From IMG/VR virus record IMGVR_UViG_3300029843_000012: a stretch of DNA of 44,346 nt; one strand, 5' to 3'. Within the stretch, counting starts at the first letter, position 1; each line of letters opens with the position of its first letter. This document shows positions 7,929-15,888 of this stretch, one piece after another. Source of the DNA: a virus. The translations under genes were made by a program, and so were the position numbers. Under the pieces are notes generated by a model. It was not told where the DNA came from. It saw nothing but the letters and a program-made list of their open reading frames with translations, and searched no databases.

Positions 7929-10325
7929 ATGGGAAATTATGAAGAATTAAAAGCCGCCGTTGCAGCGGTTATTAAACAAAATGGTAATGAAGAAATTACC
8001 GGGCAAATAATGCAAAATACATTATTGTCTATGATTAGCAACATTGGGGCTAATTCGACCTTTGCGGGCGTCGCAACGCCCAAAACCGCACCGGGAACCC
8101 CCGACCAAAACGTTTTTTATTTAGCAGGAACCCCCGGAGTATATGCCAACTTTGGCGGGTATGAGTTAAAACAAGGTATTGTTATATTTACGAATGCGTC
8201 CGGGTCTTTTACTGCCGTGGATTTAGGTATTAATAATAATGATGCTATGATGAAATTTTTACCTGATAAATCTATTATAGGCATTCCCAATGTTGATTAT
8301 AATCATATTTGCAACACTTCAACCGACGGGTCTTTTGTGGGCTATATCGAAAATGCGAACTATGATACCGCATGGATATTAATCCCTATTGACAACAGCT
8401 ATATTAATTTAACCGGAGCGACGTTTAGACGTGTACTCTTTTTTAATGATATAAACCCAATTAAGGAAAATTACATTAGCAATGTATCGTCTAATTTTGA
8501 AAATATCCGAATCCCTCAAAATGCAAAATTGGCAATTGTCAATATGAACAAAGCGCTAAATCCCAACGGTTATAAAAATATAAAAGTAAAGCAAATAGGA
8601 GGTGCCACAAATTTTAAAGACCTAAACGAGTTAAAACAAGATTTGATTAGTATTGATAAAATAACAGCACGACAAATATTTGTTGATTATAATCATATTT
8701 GCAACACTTCATCCGACGGGGCTTTTACGGGCTATATCGAAAATGCGAACTATGATGCCGCATGGATTAATTTGTTGGATGGCGTAATACAATTAAATGT
8801 ATTAGGAGCAACCCCATTACGATTTATCTATTTTAGCTCGATGGAACCGACAACGGACAATTATATATCTAATAATACAATAGGTGTTGTACCCGATAAT
8901 GCAGTATTATGTATTATTAATATGAGCCACAATAATAACCCTAATGGATATGAAAATATAAAAGTAGAACAAATGCTTAATTATGTAGATAATACACTAT
9001 TTAATAATTCGTTTGGAGATTATATTATAAATACTCCCACGGGTAAGAATTATATTGACCCTAATAATCTTTTACCGGGATACATACTTTCTAACGGTCA
9101 ATTAGTGCCTAATGCAGGAGGTATAATGTCTAACAAGATATATCTAACTAATGGAGAAGTATATACTATGCAAGGCATTTTCTTTTATGGTTTGGCAAAT
9201 GCTATTTTTATTGCATATTATGGGGAAAATGATGTCTATTTAGGCAGAGGGCAATTTAATGCAACCTATGAAGAGGGACAACATTACGGTAATGCAACAT
9301 TTACTTTTGATGATAAAAATGGTAGTATAAAATATGTGCGTATTTGCTTACAAACAAACATAACATATCCTTTTAATAAAGAAATTGCACAATTAGAATT
9401 AGGAGATAGAGCAACCGCCGTAGAACAATATCAAGGCGTTGAAAAGGTTGTTTTCCCCAAGAAAAAAATACGCATATTATCAATTGGTAATTCGTATTCG
9501 CAAGATGCGTTAAGTTATATCCCTTTCATATGGCCTAATATACAAAAGAATATAGATATTGAAATAGGAATATTATGCATGAGTGGGGCAACGCTACAAC
9601 AACATTACAATAACTTTGTTAATAAAACGCCCGCATATACTTATTTCCTATTTAATGGCGGTATTAGTTGGCGAAACTTAGGAAGTTACACAATACAACA
9701 AGCATTGAAAAGTCAAAGTTGGGATATAATATTGTTGCAGCAAGGTTCTACTTCTTCATGGACATGGGCAACATATCAACCATATTTAAACCAATTAATA
9801 AATTTGATATATGGGCAAATAGATTATCCGGTAAGGTTTGGTTGGATGCTCACTCAATCACGACCAAAAACAGGTAATACGGTATATACAGACGAAGAAA
9901 TTATAAGTCATTATAACGCTATTGCAGAAAATGCGCAAAAGGTATTAGATGAAACATTATGCGATTTTATTTTTCCAGTTGGTACAGCCGTGCAAAATGC
10001 CCGTACAACTTCATTAAATGCTTTGGGGGATTATGGAAAATTGTGTTCTTCCGATGGCGGACATTTACAAGAGGGGTTGCCCTCACAATTAGCCGCATAC
10101 ACTTGTATTGTTGAATTATTGAGATTATCCGGTTATGGCATAAATTCGATATATGGCGAAAATACACGTGTTACAACTGAATGGGTACAAGAAAAGAATA
10201 TACCCGGTCCCAATGGTTCCCCGGTTGGTTCTACGGATGAAAATTGCGCTATTGCGCAAAGATGTGTAATTATGGCAATTAAACATCCTTATAAAATAAC
10301 TGATATGACAGATATTAATGTTTAA
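7929..10325 (+). CDS. Tail fibre or receptor-binding protein with a tandemly duplicated domain and a C-terminal SGNH/GDSL-type esterase (DUF4886-like) domain
   Basis: The 798-aa product has two homologous domains of about 115 aa (VDYNHICNTS[TS]DG[SA]F[VT]GYIENANYD[TA]AWI ... NPNGY[KE]NIKV[KE]Q). The C-terminal domain carries a GDSL-like block I (RILSIGNSYSQDA) and a block V D-x-x-H (SSDGGHLQEG). Confidence 0.8.
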   Translation: MGNYEELKAAVAAVIKQNGNEEITGQIMQNTLLSMISNIGANSTFAGVATPKTAPGTPDQNVFYLAGTPGVYANFGGYELKQGIVIFTNASGSFTAVDLGINNNDAMMKFLPDKSIIGIPNVDYNHICNTSTDGSFVGYIENANYDTAWILIPIDNSYINLTGATFRRVLFFNDINPIKENYISNVSSNFENIRIPQNAKLAIVNMNKALNPNGYKNIKVKQIGGATNFKDLNELKQDLISIDKITARQIFVDYNHICNTSSDGAFTGYIENANYDAAWINLLDGVIQLNVLGATPLRFIYFSSMEPTTDNYISNNTIGVVPDNAVLCIINMSHNNNPNGYENIKVEQMLNYVDNTLFNNSFGDYIINTPTGKNYIDPNNLLPGYILSNGQLVPNAGGIMSNKIYLTNGEVYTMQGIFFYGLANAIFIAYYGENDVYLGRGQFNATYEEGQHYGNATFTFDDKNGSIKYVRICLQTNITYPFNKEIAQLELGDRATAVEQYQGVEKVVFPKKKIRILSIGNSYSQDALSYIPFIWPNIQKNIDIEIGILCMSGATLQQHYNNFVNKTPAYTYFLFNGGISWRNLGSYTIQQALKSQSWDIILLQQGSTSSWTWATYQPYLNQLINLIYGQIDYPVRFGWMLTQSRPKTGNTVYTDEEIISHYNAIAENAQKVLDETLCDFIFPVGTAVQNARTTSLNALGDYGKLCSSDGGHLQEGLPSQLAAYTCIVELLRLSGYGINSIYGENTRVTTEWVQEKNIPGPNGSPVGSTDENCAIAQRCVIMAIKHPYKITDMTDINV
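8291..8377 (+). repeat. 87-nt near-identical intragenic repeat, copy 1 (partner at 8681..8767)
   Basis: TGTTGATTATAATCATATTTGCAACACTTCA...GCATGGAT. I counted 5 mismatches in 87 nt against copy 2, which lies exactly 390 nt (130 codons) downstream. Confidence 0.9.
8681..8767 (+). repeat. 87-nt near-identical intragenic repeat, copy 2
   Basis: See copy 1. The flanking parts of the two protein domains are much more diverged. Confidence 0.9.
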
Positions 10326-10332
10326 TAACTAA

Positions 10333-10354
10333 GCCGGGGGATAATTCCCCCGGC
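10333..10354 (+). terminator. Intergenic GC hairpin (GCCGGGGG-ATAATT-CCCCCGGC) after the receptor-binding protein gene
   Basis: Perfect 8-bp stem with a 6-nt loop, 8 nt after the stop. There is no U-tract. It belongs to a recurring hairpin family. Confidence 0.55.
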
Positions 10355-10370
10355 ATAACAATTTGATGAT

Positions 10371-10889
10371 ATGGATAAACTTTTCACATGGGAACAATGG
10401 CGTATGATATTTGCCACGTCGTTAAGCCCGATTTTAGCGTATTTAACGCCAACGGCGGGTTTTATGTACGCATTGGTTATAATGTTCGCTTTCAACATTT
10501 GGGCGGGTATGCGGGCGGACGGTGTAAGCGTGAGGCATTGCAAAAACTTTAGATTCAGTAAGTTTAAGAATGCGTTGGCGGAATTGCTTTTGTACGTTAC
10601 CATTATACACGTTATTTATTCGGTAATGATGCAATGTGGGGATAATGAAGCCGCCAAAATAGTAATTAAGTCGCTTACATACGTTTTCATGTACGTATAT
10701 TTGCAAAACGCATTCCGCAACCTTATTAAAGCATATCCAACAAAGGTTGCATTGCGTATTATTTACCACGTTATCCGGTTGGAGTTTACACGGGCATTGC
10801 CGGGATATTGGCGACCCATAATTGAGAGATACCAACGGGAACACGATAGCGATATTATTAACGATAAAGAAAAGGAGGGCGAACAATGA
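10371..10889 (+). CDS. Holin-like membrane protein
   Basis: The 172-aa product has several hydrophobic helices (MIFATSLSPILAYLTPTAGFMYALVIMFAFNIWAGM, LLLYVTIIHVIYSVMM) and a charged C-terminal tail. The gene overlaps the endolysin start (ATGA). Confidence 0.6.
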   Translation: MDKLFTWEQWRMIFATSLSPILAYLTPTAGFMYALVIMFAFNIWAGMRADGVSVRHCKNFRFSKFKNALAELLLYVTIIHVIYSVMMQCGDNEAAKIVIKSLTYVFMYVYLQNAFRNLIKAYPTKVALRIIYHVIRLEFTRALPGYWRPIIERYQREHDSDIINDKEKEGEQ

Positions 10890-11401
10890 ACCAAACAGAG
10901 ATTTTAAAGTATTTGGAGGGGCAAAAAACGACCCGGACGATTACGGATTTGATTGTACATTGCACCGCAACCAAGCCCGGCGCAAAAGTCAACGTTGATG
11001 TTATCGACGGTTGGCACAAAGAACGGGGATTTAAGAAACAGCCCCAAAGCGGGCGAATTTGCGGTTATCATTTTGTTGTATTGCCGGACGGGACGATTGA
11101 AACGGGGCGTTATCTTTCCGAGATTGGGGCGCACGTTTCCGGGCAAAATTCCCGTTCTATTGGCATTTGTTACGTTGGGGGATTGGATGCCAACGGCAAA
11201 TCCGCCGACACACGCACGCCGGAACAAAAAGAGGCGTTATTATGGTTGCTTATGCGTTTAGTTGTTATGTTCCCGGACGCAACGATTAAGGGACACCGGG
11301 ATTATTCCCCGGATTTGAACGGCGACGGCATTATTGAGCCGTGGGAGTATATTAAAGAATGCCCGTGTTTTAATGCGGCAATTGAATATAGTAACATTTA
11401 A
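10886..11401 (+). CDS. N-acetylmuramoyl-L-alanine amidase (Amidase_2/PGRP fold) endolysin
   Basis: Motifs LIVHCTAT, GYHFVVLPDGTIETGR, GAHVSGQNSRSIGICYVGG and GHRDY...KECPCF match the T7-lysozyme-type amidase pattern. Confidence 0.9.
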   Translation: MNQTEILKYLEGQKTTRTITDLIVHCTATKPGAKVNVDVIDGWHKERGFKKQPQSGRICGYHFVVLPDGTIETGRYLSEIGAHVSGQNSRSIGICYVGGLDANGKSADTRTPEQKEALLWLLMRLVVMFPDATIKGHRDYSPDLNGDGIIEPWEYIKECPCFNAAIEYSNI

Positions 11402-11413
11402 TTTTGTGCCATT

Positions 11414-12076
11414 ATGACAAAGAAAGACAAAAAGGAGTTCGTTAATCATTTACACGGCAAACGCATGAAAAAGTATATAATATTGGCGGCAATCATTATG
11501 GCGGTTGCCGCCGCCTTTTGGGTACAACAAAGCCGTATTAAGAGTTTGACCGCCGAACGGGATAAATACCGGAGCAATACCGAAACGTTGTTGCAGGACG
11601 TCCGCACGTATCAAACAAAAGATAGTTTGAACGCCGCAAAGGTGGGTAATTTGGAGTTGAAATTATCCGAATATAAGAAGTACCGGGCGGATGATGCGGC
11701 GTTAATCAAATCGTTGCAGACAAAAAACCGGGATTTACAAAGGGTTACGACGGCACAAATGGAAACGATAAACGAATTACGGGCGAACGTCCGGGATAGT
11801 ATTGTATATTTGCCCGGCGACACGGTTACGACCGTATTACGTTGTATTGAGTATTCCGACAAATGGGTTGACTTTGACGGATGTATTATAAATAATACGT
11901 TTTCGGGCAAAATTATAACACGGGATAGCCTTTTAATAACGGAAAGTGTGCAATATAAGCGTTGGTTAGGTTTTTTATGGAAAACAAAACGGATAAAAAA
12001 CCGTGAATTTGATATTGTTTCAAAAAATCCACATACAAAAATTACCGGATTTGAAGTTATAACCATAGAAAAATAA
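11414..12076 (+). CDS. Membrane-anchored coiled-coil protein; possible spanin-like lysis accessory protein
   Basis: It has an N-terminal signal anchor (KKYIILAAIIMAVAAAFWV) followed by predicted coiled coil. It is the last gene of the lysis cassette. An alternative start lies at 11465. Confidence 0.45.
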   Translation: MTKKDKKEFVNHLHGKRMKKYIILAAIIMAVAAAFWVQQSRIKSLTAERDKYRSNTETLLQDVRTYQTKDSLNAAKVGNLELKLSEYKKYRADDAALIKSLQTKNRDLQRVTTAQMETINELRANVRDSIVYLPGDTVTTVLRCIEYSDKWVDFDGCIINNTFSGKIITRDSLLITESVQYKRWLGFLWKTKRIKNREFDIVSKNPHTKITGFEVITIEK

Positions 12077-12085
12077 CTATTTTTG

Positions 12086-12152
12086 AAAAAACGGGGTAGG
12101 TTGGAGTAGCTACCAACTGAAAAGGGCAAAGCCAACAGCCCGCCCCGTTTTT
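12086..12152 (+). terminator. Long compound hairpin followed by a T-run, after the lysis cassette
   Basis: AAAAAACGGGG (12086-12096) pairs with CCCCGTTTTT (12143-12152). An inner hairpin GGTTGG-AGTAGCTA-CCAAC sits inside the loop. Confidence 0.5.
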
Positions 12153-12214
12153 CTTAAATGTTGGCTTACTTATAAAGTTGGCTTGCAACCCCTTTTTCTA
12201 TTAAGCCATTTTTA

Positions 12215-12236
12215 GCCCGTTTCCGGGCATTTTATT
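12215..12236 (+). terminator. Rho-independent-like terminator
   Basis: GCCCG-TTTC-CGGGC followed by ATTTTATTT. Confidence 0.5.
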
Positions 12237-12343
12237 TCAAAGTGGATAATTTCCCGTCCCGTTTGCAAAAGTCGCTTAAATCGAAAATTCTAAGAAAATA
12301 ATATTAGTATGCCGATAGTATGAGAAATAAAAATAAAACTTCT

Positions 12344-12351
12344 TATATTTG
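12344..12351 (+). promoter_or_regulatory. Bacteroidota-type -7 promoter box (TATATTTG) upstream of HNH gene 12379
   Basis: It matches the TAnnTTTG consensus and lies 27 nt before the ATG. No clear -33 TTTG is present. Confidence 0.4.
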
Positions 12352-12378
12352 CACTATCAAAATACTAAAATATAATTT

Positions 12379-12873
12379 ATGGAGAATTGGAAAGACATTA
12401 AAGGTTATAAGGGATTATATAAGGTTAGTTCATACGGTCGAATAATGACGGTAAGGAAAAACGCAATACTTTGTCCCGCAAAAACTATTAGTAACGGTTT
12501 AACCGTATCATTAAGTAAAAACGGAAAGAGTAAGACAAAACAAATTAGCCGATTGGTTGCAAATGCTTTCATCCCCAATCCGGACAATAAACCATACGTT
12601 GACCATATCGACGGAGTGCGTTATCATAACTTTGTTGAAAATTTGCGCTGGTGTACGCAAAAGGAAAATATGAATTACGAATTAGCGATAAGGAATAAGA
12701 CAAAATACAATTTTCCAATTGAGGGCGTCGGATATGATGGCAAAGTATGTGTTGAGTTCTTAAATTACAAGGATGCACAAAAAAAAGGATTTGATAGAAC
12801 GCTAATAAAAAAGGCTGTTGATACAGGTAAGCCATATAAAGGCATACATTATCGAATAAAAATTGAAAAATAA
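12379..12873 (+). CDS. HNH homing endonuclease (NUMOD4-like N-terminus plus HNH_3-like core), paralog 1
   Basis: The N-terminus is MENWKDIKGYKGLYKVSSYGRI. The core is NAFIPNPDNKPYVDHIDG...NLRWCTQKEN. The gene is free-standing and has its own promoter box. Confidence 0.85.
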   Translation: MENWKDIKGYKGLYKVSSYGRIMTVRKNAILCPAKTISNGLTVSLSKNGKSKTKQISRLVANAFIPNPDNKPYVDHIDGVRYHNFVENLRWCTQKENMNYELAIRNKTKYNFPIEGVGYDGKVCVEFLNYKDAQKKGFDRTLIKKAVDTGKPYKGIHYRIKIEK

Positions 12874-12880
12874 AAGATAA

Positions 12881-12915
12881 AACCTTTGGTAATTAAAATA
12901 AAGGTTGCATACTTG
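12881..12915 (+). promoter_or_regulatory. Hairpin (AACCTTT/AAAGGTT) overlapping a weak TTTG-N21-TACTTG promoter-like element
   Basis: The -33-like TTTGGTAAT motif is shared with the promoters at 14921 and 21161. The -7 box is imperfect. Confidence 0.3.
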
Positions 12916-12934
12916 CATCATCAAACAAGAACGA

Positions 12935-12950
12935 CCGGGCGTTTTCCCGG
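12935..12950 (+). other. CCGGG-CGTTTT-CCCGG hairpin in the 5' leader of gene 12971
   Basis: 5-bp GC stem with a 6-nt loop. A near-identical element lies at 13230-13245. Confidence 0.5.
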
Positions 12951-12970
12951 AAAATAGAGAGCGAAACAAT

Positions 12971-13222
12971 ATGAATACTCAAAGCATTTATAACGGATTA
13001 GATTACACAACAAAAGAGATTAACCGCAATTTCAAAGTCAAGGTAAACGGAATTGTAAACGGCAAAAAGGTTAATATGTTGGTTGGTATATCCGGTTTAA
13101 TAAAGATTGTCGGCGACATTAAGTTAGTCAATCGCTTGTTAAAACGTGCTTTCAATTGTTACGGCGACAAAGAGGTTTGCAAATTGCGCCGAGGCGTTAA
13201 AATCACTTTCTATTATCAGTAA
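12971..13222 (+). CDS. Hypothetical protein (83 aa)
   Basis: The first well-placed ATG (MNTQSIYNGLDY...) lies within ORF 12905..13222. The gene is flanked by two copies of the same hairpin element. Confidence 0.65.
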   Translation: MNTQSIYNGLDYTTKEINRNFKVKVNGIVNGKKVNMLVGISGLIKIVGDIKLVNRLLKRAFNCYGDKEVCKLRRGVKITFYYQ

Positions 13223-13229
13223 ACAACGA

Positions 13230-13245
13230 CGGGGCGTTTTCCCCG
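13230..13245 (+). terminator. CGGGG-CGTTTT-CCCCG hairpin after gene 12971
   Basis: The surrounding AACGACGGGGCGTTTTCCCCGGAAC resembles AACGACCGGGCGTTTTCCCGGAAA at 12930. Confidence 0.5.
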
Positions 13246-13400
13246 GAACAATATAAATTTTCAATCATGGAAAAGAAAAGAACAAAGACAATGGCAAAGT
13301 ACATTTTAGTTAGAAAGTAAAGGGAAAGAAATACGAGTACCAAGTTATTGACGCCGATAGTAAGGCGATTGTATCAAAAAGAACGTCCGCCCGTGAATAT

Positions 13401-13661
13401 GTGGCGTGTACCGCCGACGGGTCGTTTTATTTCGGTCGTTTGGATTTAATCGGCAAAGGCGACCACGGTAAACAATTAAGTTGGGTAAACAAAATTTTAT
13501 CAAATCCCGAAAAGGCATATAAAGAAATGGCGGCAAATTGGGTTCCGGAGTATAGAAAACAATGGATTGCAGAAAACCCCGCCGAACAATGGATTGCCCG
13601 AAACGTTCAGAGTGCTAAAGAGGAAAAAGAGAGATTAACCACAATTGCATATTTGCAGTAA
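13401..13661 (+). CDS. Hypothetical protein; probably the downstream part of a frameshifted gene that begins at 13267 or 13291
   Basis: The only in-frame start is GTG 13401, but the frame is open and protein-like from 13314. See the frameshift finding. Confidence 0.55.
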   Translation: MACTADGSFYFGRLDLIGKGDHGKQLSWVNKILSNPEKAYKEMAANWVPEYRKQWIAENPAEQWIARNVQSAKEEKERLTTIAYLQ

Positions 13662-13667
13662 CAATAA

Positions 13668-13688
13668 GCCGGGGCGCAATCCCCCGGC
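13668..13688 (+). terminator. Intergenic GC hairpin (GCCGGGG-CGCAATC-CCCCGGC)
   Basis: 7-bp stem. The context AATAAGCCGGGG...CCCCCGGCATAATAATTT closely resembles the element at 10325-10368. Confidence 0.55.
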
Positions 13689-13704
13689 ATAATAATTTAG
13701 AGCG

Positions 13705-13920
13705 ATGAATAAAACGAAACGTTACCGAATAAGCCAAGAAATGTATAAGATAATCCAAAATGCAAACGGCGGGTTATTTTTGCTTTATACCCGGCACAAT
13801 CCCGGCGATGTGTTAAACCTATTATTGGACGGCAACGATATTGGTTTGCTTTGTCAAATTGAGAGCCGACACGACCAATATTATAAGTTTTGCAAAGTGA
13901 TTAAGGAGGGCGGGGAATGA
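13705..13920 (+). CDS. Hypothetical protein (71 aa)
   Basis: ORF in the + strand gene train. Its start lies in the conserved TTTAGAGCGATGAATAAA context. Confidence 0.7.
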   Translation: MNKTKRYRISQEMYKIIQNANGGLFLLYTRHNPGDVLNLLLDGNDIGLLCQIESRHDQYYKFCKVIKEGGE

Positions 13921-14252
13921 GTAAAAACGAATTGATACAAGCAATTAAAACCGCCGTAACCGCTTTGTCTGTTTATGATACACGGTATTATAAAGTTGAA
14001 CGGGACGCAATATATATGCGTGCCAATAAGAACCAATTGCACCAACTTTTAGCGGATTTGCAAAACCGGGTATTATTTGCCAAACGTGCAACCGATTTGG
14101 GCGCAAATATCGTTTCCCGTTCTAATTTACGGGGTAAAGATTTACAATTGATAATCAAAGCCGGGATTGTATGCCGGGACGTTGGTATTGGCTTTGTTGA
14201 GGAACGCCCGGCAACTGATACAGATATTAAAACAATGTTAGTGATAATATGA
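13917..14252 (+). CDS. Hypothetical protein (111 aa)
   Basis: ATGA overlap with the upstream gene. No motif recognised. Confidence 0.7.
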   Translation: MSKNELIQAIKTAVTALSVYDTRYYKVERDAIYMRANKNQLHQLLADLQNRVLFAKRATDLGANIVSRSNLRGKDLQLIIKAGIVCRDVGIGFVEERPATDTDIKTMLVII

Positions 14253-14767
14253 GCCGTAACAGAGAAAGACAACAAGAATTGCAGCCGGGGCGGGTCGATT
14301 ATGCCCGTACCCGGTTGGAGGCGTTGGGGTATTGTGTTACCGAGATAGACGCCACGACGTTACAATTTACGTTCCGGGGTTCCCCGGTTACATTATACCC
14401 GTATTCCGGTTGGTTTACCGGGCGCACCGTTACCGATGGACGGGGAATTAAGAACCTATTAAAACAAATACCTATGCGATTTGCATTAAGACGCCAAGAA
14501 AAAATAAAAGCGGCTTTTGAGCCGAACGGGGATGAAATGTTAGCCCGAATAAAAGAGAGTTTAACCCGGTATTTTTCCGCCGACCGTTCGGATTTCCCGG
14601 AGGGATTGCGGGACATTGAAAGCGATTATAACCAATTGCCGGGGGAACCATACCCAACCATTGCGATAAACGACGCCGGGAACCCGGAACGTATGATTGA
14701 GTTCTATGTTACCGGGAAACAATACGACGTTTATCACGTTGCATTTAAAGGATTTACAAAGGGGTAA
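14249..14767 (+). CDS. Hypothetical protein (172 aa)
   Basis: ATGA overlap with the upstream gene. No motif recognised. Confidence 0.7.
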   Translation: MSRNRERQQELQPGRVDYARTRLEALGYCVTEIDATTLQFTFRGSPVTLYPYSGWFTGRTVTDGRGIKNLLKQIPMRFALRRQEKIKAAFEPNGDEMLARIKESLTRYFSADRSDFPEGLRDIESDYNQLPGEPYPTIAINDAGNPERMIEFYVTGKQYDVYHVAFKGFTKG

Positions 14768-14772
14768 AAGAT

Positions 14773-14805
14773 AACCCCCGACGCAATGAAGTAACGCCGG
14801 GGGTT
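14773..14805 (+). terminator. Hairpin AACCCCCG...CGGGGGTT (8-bp stem, 17-nt loop)
   Basis: It starts 6 nt after the stop of gene 14249..14767, at the start of a 223-nt intergenic region. Confidence 0.45.
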
Positions 14806-14920
14806 GGTACGCAGTAACCGAGAGCGATGTTGTAAGGTTATGCGGTGCAACAAAATTAGTGCTTTTTATCTGTATTACAAGCGTCCAACGTGAATAAATA
14901 AAATATTCAAAGGTTTTATT

Positions 14921-14951
14921 TTTGGTAATACAAATATTATTTATACTTTTG
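14921..14951 (+). promoter_or_regulatory. Bacteroidota sigma-A-type promoter (TTTG-N19-TACTTTTG)
   Basis: The -33 box is TTTG (14921-14924, within TTTGGTAAT). The -7 box TAnnTTTG is at 14944-14951. The ATG follows at 14991. Confidence 0.55.
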
Positions 14952-14967
14952 CAGAAACAAAAACCCA

Positions 14968-14983
14968 CCGGGGGATTACCCGG
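14968..14983 (+). other. CCGGG-GGATTA-CCCGG hairpin in the 5' leader, 8 nt before ATG 14991
   Basis: It has the same CCGGG-N6-CCCGG architecture as the hairpins at 12935 and 26659. Confidence 0.5.
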
Positions 14984-14990
14984 CAAAGAT

Positions 14991-15425
14991 ATGAGAATAA
15001 AAGAGAGCGATTTATTAAAACAATTGGCGACCGATAGCGGGAAAACAGCCAAACAAGTTTCCGAAATTGTCGTTTCGGAATTACTCAAAAACAAAGTTGT
15101 TGAGGACGACCCGGACAATTGGGGCGTTTCCGTTTTCGATGCAATAAACGAAGATGTAACCGAGGAACAAACCGCCAATTGTTATGCGGCGATTTCCGAG
15201 GCGTTGGGCGTGTATCTGAAACGGGTATATTACATTGTCCCGGATTTGGATTTAATGGGTAATGAAGATTGCCCGGAGTGCGGCGGCGAAATGGAAGTTA
15301 CCGACGGGGAATATAAACAGACCGGAGGCGATGGATATTTAACCCCGCCGGAATATACCGCAATTTGTGAGGAAAAAACGTGTACGCATTGCGGACACAA
15401 AGAGAGCAACGAACCGAGTTATTAA
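14991..15425 (+). CDS. Hypothetical protein with a C-terminal zinc-ribbon motif
   Basis: The sequence starts MRIKESDLLKQLATDSGKTAKQVSEIV, which looks like an HU/IHF-type N-terminal helix. Paired CxxC motifs follow (CPECGG ... CTHCGH). It is the first gene after the promoter. Confidence 0.7.
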   Translation: MRIKESDLLKQLATDSGKTAKQVSEIVVSELLKNKVVEDDPDNWGVSVFDAINEDVTEEQTANCYAAISEALGVYLKRVYYIVPDLDLMGNEDCPECGGEMEVTDGEYKQTGGDGYLTPPEYTAICEEKTCTHCGHKESNEPSY

Positions 15426-15443
15426 CAATAAAAGACTAAAGAA

Positions 15444-15686
15444 ATGGCAGAAATGACGAAATTAAGAGTAAACGAGGCAATCGCACGGGCGCAAACCGCC
15501 GGGATTAAGGTTTATAAAAAAGAGGTTGCCGCCCGTTTATGGGAGGGACGCACCGAAAGCGCACAACAAGTTAATATGACTAACTTATGTAACGGTACGA
15601 CCAAACAGATACGCCCGGAATGGGTTGTTATCATTTGCGAAATGTGTAATTGCACCCCTAATTATTTGTTTGGATATGAAGAATAA
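15444..15686 (+). CDS. XRE/Cro-like helix-turn-helix transcriptional regulator
   Basis: The 80-aa product has an HTH-like segment (KKEVAARLWEGRTESAQQVNMTNLCNG) and ends with the typical ...CTPNYLFGYEE. Confidence 0.6.
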   Translation: MAEMTKLRVNEAIARAQTAGIKVYKKEVAARLWEGRTESAQQVNMTNLCNGTTKQIRPEWVVIICEMCNCTPNYLFGYEE

Positions 15687-15888
15687 CGGGTTAAAATGGT
15701 TTGAACGCATGGCGGACGTTATGTTTTCCGATAGGTTCCAAGCGAAAGCGATTATTGCGACGTTTGGAATGTGGGGCGTTGTTTGTCTGATTGGCGCATT
15801 GTGGAACCCGTGGCAATTGATGTTTGCGGGTATGTGTGCCGTAATGGTATTATATGGATTTTCAGAATTAAAAAAGAGTAGAAAATGA
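15676..15888 (+). CDS. Small membrane protein (70 aa)
   Basis: ATG at 15676 (MKNNGLKWFERM...). Two hydrophobic helices (AIIATFGMWGVVCLIGALW, LMFAGMCAVMVLYGF). Confidence 0.6.
   Translation: MKNNGLKWFERMADVMFSDRFQAKAIIATFGMWGVVCLIGALWNPWQLMFAGMCAVMVLYGFSELKKSRK

Noticed and set aside
8291-8767. Possible diversity-generating retroelement (template/variable repeat pair) in the fibre gene
   Set aside because: No reverse transcriptase gene is present anywhere in the window. The five mismatches are not adenine-specific (A/T, T/G, G/A, T/C, A/G). Both copies lie in frame within homologous protein domains, so this is an internal domain duplication.
14561-15178. 205-aa ORF on the minus strand spanning the early intergenic region
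   Set aside because: It is antisense to well-supported + strand genes at both ends. It has no promoter or start context, and every other gene is on the + strand. The same reasoning rejects the other long minus-strand ORFs at 15585..16220, 22030..22722, 38489..39196, 2498..2938 and 30414..30824. Several of these are the typical antisense shadow of coiled-coil or low-complexity coding sequence.
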